Below, piece after piece: positions 61,575-64,000 of a stretch of DNA of 64,000 bases. Position numbers and translations under genes: made by a program. The notes under the pieces were generated by a model. It made no database searches and was not told the DNA's origin. It saw only the letters and a program-made list of their open reading frames with translations. This DNA comes from Callorhinchus milii. Lineage: Eukaryota. Location of the stretch: positions 65,846,001 through 65,910,000 of the forward strand of contig NW_024704743.1 of the NCBI RefSeq assembly GCF_018977255.1. The letters are read 5' to 3'. Each line of letters opens with the position of its first letter. Positions within the stretch are counted from its first letter, which is position 1.

Positions 61575-61830
61575 AGATGTGTCGGAGGTGTCATCCTTCT
61601 GATGAAATGTTAAACTGAGATCCCATCTGCCTGTTCAATTGTTCAATTCCCATGACACTATTCAAAAAAGAAAAGGGAGTTGGTCACTCACTTCATGGCT
61701 GTTTGACAATTGAACTGCCATATTTCGCCCACAAAATACCCAGTCAATCCACTTTAGAGTATATCCTGTGAAGTGCTTTGAGATAGCTCAATGACCTGAT
61801 AAGGTGCTAGATCATCCACAATGGTTCTTC
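61575..61830 (+). mobile_element. Old Deu-type SINE fragment
   Basis: GGAGGTGTCATCCTTCTGATGAAATGTTAAAC...CATGGCTGTTTG...GTGAAGTGCTTTGAGA. Confidence 0.75.
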
Positions 61831-62903
61831 TTATCATTAGTAGTAGTATTATGTGCCGGAGACAATGTCCCTCTCATTACTGTGAAGGCAGGTTGTGACT
61901 TTGGTTCTGGTTTGTGGAATGCAGCACATTACTGCAGGTCAATGGAAAAACTGCTTTACTGCATGCTATTTGTTTGTTGAAATATTACCCGTCAGTCGAA
62001 TGCTGCAATCTGTAGTGGTTTAACGCTAAAATACGGCAATTTTAATTTGGATGAATGTCCAAAATGCCCTTTCGTATGGGTTAGCTGGAAAGACAGAATG
62101 TTCCTGGAAATACCATGGGAACAAAATTGACAAGAGCCTAACCAATCTTTAAATCAATGTAAAATTCTGAAGCTCCATTGAAAGCAATAGCATTAATCCA
62201 ATGTGGTGGCATAAAATCCCTGCCTGTAACTGCAGGGGGCTCTAACGCACCAGCCGAGAGATTTGTAAGGGTAGGTGCTCATTCAGGGGTAGTGTACCTG
62301 CTCCAAATAGTTAGGAGCTGTTGATATTAGACAGTAATGCCAACTCCAAAGCATTTATAATCAGTGTCACGTTAGAGTTTAAACTCAACTTGTGTTTGGC
62401 TAGCTGTCAGGATCAGAAGAAGCACTGCAGCAAGCACTGAATCATTGTGTTTGAAACTAGAAGAGAAGTCTTAAATAGGAGCCTAAAAAGAGATAATCTC
62501 CCTATTCAGGCCCTTCTGTCACCAGACCCACTTCTCGGTAAATTCTCCATTGCGCTTGATCCAAGCAGCCTCTGACTCCAGTCTTAAGTGCTCTGAGATG
62601 CTACCCCTATAGATGCTATATAGGGTGCAATATAAATACAAGTTGTGGTTCTCTCTGTTATGGTGAATCTGAGCCTGGAGTTTGCCCTTTTCAGAGACAA
62701 CTTTGAAATCAGGAGTAGAACAAGTGGCTGGTCGGGAGTGGAGTGGGGGAGGGGGAGGGATAATACAATTCACCACTCCATGCTGTAATTCTGTGCGAAT
62801 TAGTTTGATTAGTCATTTCAGACTTTGATGAGATGTGAATAAAAACATTTCAAATGCAAACAAACTGTGTGAATATTAGGCAGATATTGTAGAATAACAA
62901 TTG

Positions 62904-63770
62904 TGGAGATCTGTAGCTCAGTGGTTAGAGCACTCGCCTTATAATAATAATAATAATAATCCTTGCATTTGATATAGCGCTTTTCACGTCGGGAGGATGT
63001 CCCAAAGCGCTTCACAGAACACACTGTAAAGTGAATTGACTGTATATTTGTGGGCGAACACAGCAGCCAATTGCGCACAGCAATGTCCCACAAACAGTCG
63101 TAGATTGAAAATGACCAATTTATTATTGTTTTTGTTTTTTTGGAGGGATTATTATTAGGGCTGTGTGTGGAGTAAGGAAACTTGCTGAAGGTTTCGCCCT
63201 GACCTCCCTGGAACTGAACTCGGGTCTCTCACTTGCAAAGCGAGTGCTCTAACCAATGAGCTACAGGACTCCACTACATTATAGAGCGCCTTTCACGTCG
63301 GGAGGCACAGGAGGCAAGGGAGGGGGCGAGGCGAAGGGACTGTGGGATGGAGTTCCAAAGGCCAGGGACAGAAAGCCCGACCAGCGATGGTGGGTCGTGT
63401 GGGGGACACAGAGCAGCCCGGCTCCAAGTCTGTCCAGCTCTTAGAAGATCCTGTTTACCTCCCACCAAGGAGGATAGTCACTTTATGACAGAGGGAGAGG
63501 GGCCTTGCAAGGGAAAGACCTGGGTTCAATTCCAGGCAGGTCGAAACCTTGGGCAAGTTTCCTTACTCCACACGCCTGATAATAATCCCTCCAAAAACAA
63601 AACAATAATAAATTGGTCACTTTCAATCCACACTGCTGTGCGCAATTGGCTGCCGCGTTTCGCCCACAAATATATGGCCAATTCACTTTACAGTCTATTC
63701 TGTGAAGCACTTTGAGACATCGAGAAAACATAAAAAGCGCTATATCAAATGCAAGGATTATTATTATTAT
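62904..63770 (+). mobile_element. tRNA SINE split at its anticodon arm by a 561-bp insert
   Basis: The head (62904-62940) ends in GCCTT and resumes as GCCTTGCAAGGG at 63502; tail ends at 63770. Confidence 0.85.
62941..63273 (-). mobile_element. Young tRNA SINE, full length (nested)
   Basis: Near-identical to 15517-15835. Confidence 0.93.
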
Positions 63771-63827
63771 AATTGTACTATACAAAGGAGGCTCTAATAA
63801 TGTTGTAGCATTCTATCTCCCAGAAAG

Positions 63828-64000
63828 TGAGCCTGGCTCAGTTGGCAGCTCTCTCTCCTCTGAGTTAGTAGATTGTGGGTTCAACCCCATGTCAAGACTT
63901 TGAACTCACATAGTCTGACATTCCTGTGTAGTGTTGGAGATGCAGTGCATTGCTGAAGGTACCGTCCTTCGGATGAGATGTTAATCCGAAGTCCCATCTG
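63828..64000 (+). mobile_element. Old Deu-type SINE running off the window
   Basis: CCTGGCTCAGTTGGCAGCTCTCTC...GGGTTCAACCCC...CCTTCGGATGAGATGTTAA. Confidence 0.8.

Overview
This is AT-rich, repeat-dense vertebrate DNA, either intergenic or deep intronic. The repeat repertoire suggests a cartilaginous fish, possibly a holocephalan, but that is inference from recalled repeat consensuses. I recognise no host protein-coding exon, rRNA, bona fide tRNA or CRISPR array. Every ORF I can assign is a decayed retroelement fragment or a chance frame. The window holds many truncated CR1 and L2 LINEs and two tRNA-headed SINE groups that share a Deu-like 3' body and an L2-type tail. It also holds a Tx1-like ORF2 remnant, Penelope-like terminal fragments with eroded hammerhead-like cores, a putative solo LTR, and Tc1/mariner- and hAT-like ends. 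The most notable observations are: (i) many short inverted, locally templated copies, including a 54-bp near-perfect hairpin and a 40-nt inverted patch copied from about 900 bp away; (ii) closely spaced inverted SINE pairs; (iii) a composite insertion flanked by a direct repeat inside a SINE, a possible 5' transduction; (iv) modular SINE evolution visible within the window; (v) TE-poor islands that may be conserved enhancers. I found no convincing novel protein-coding system. Family names come from memory and need Dfam/Repbase confirmation; boundaries are approximate, within tens of bp.
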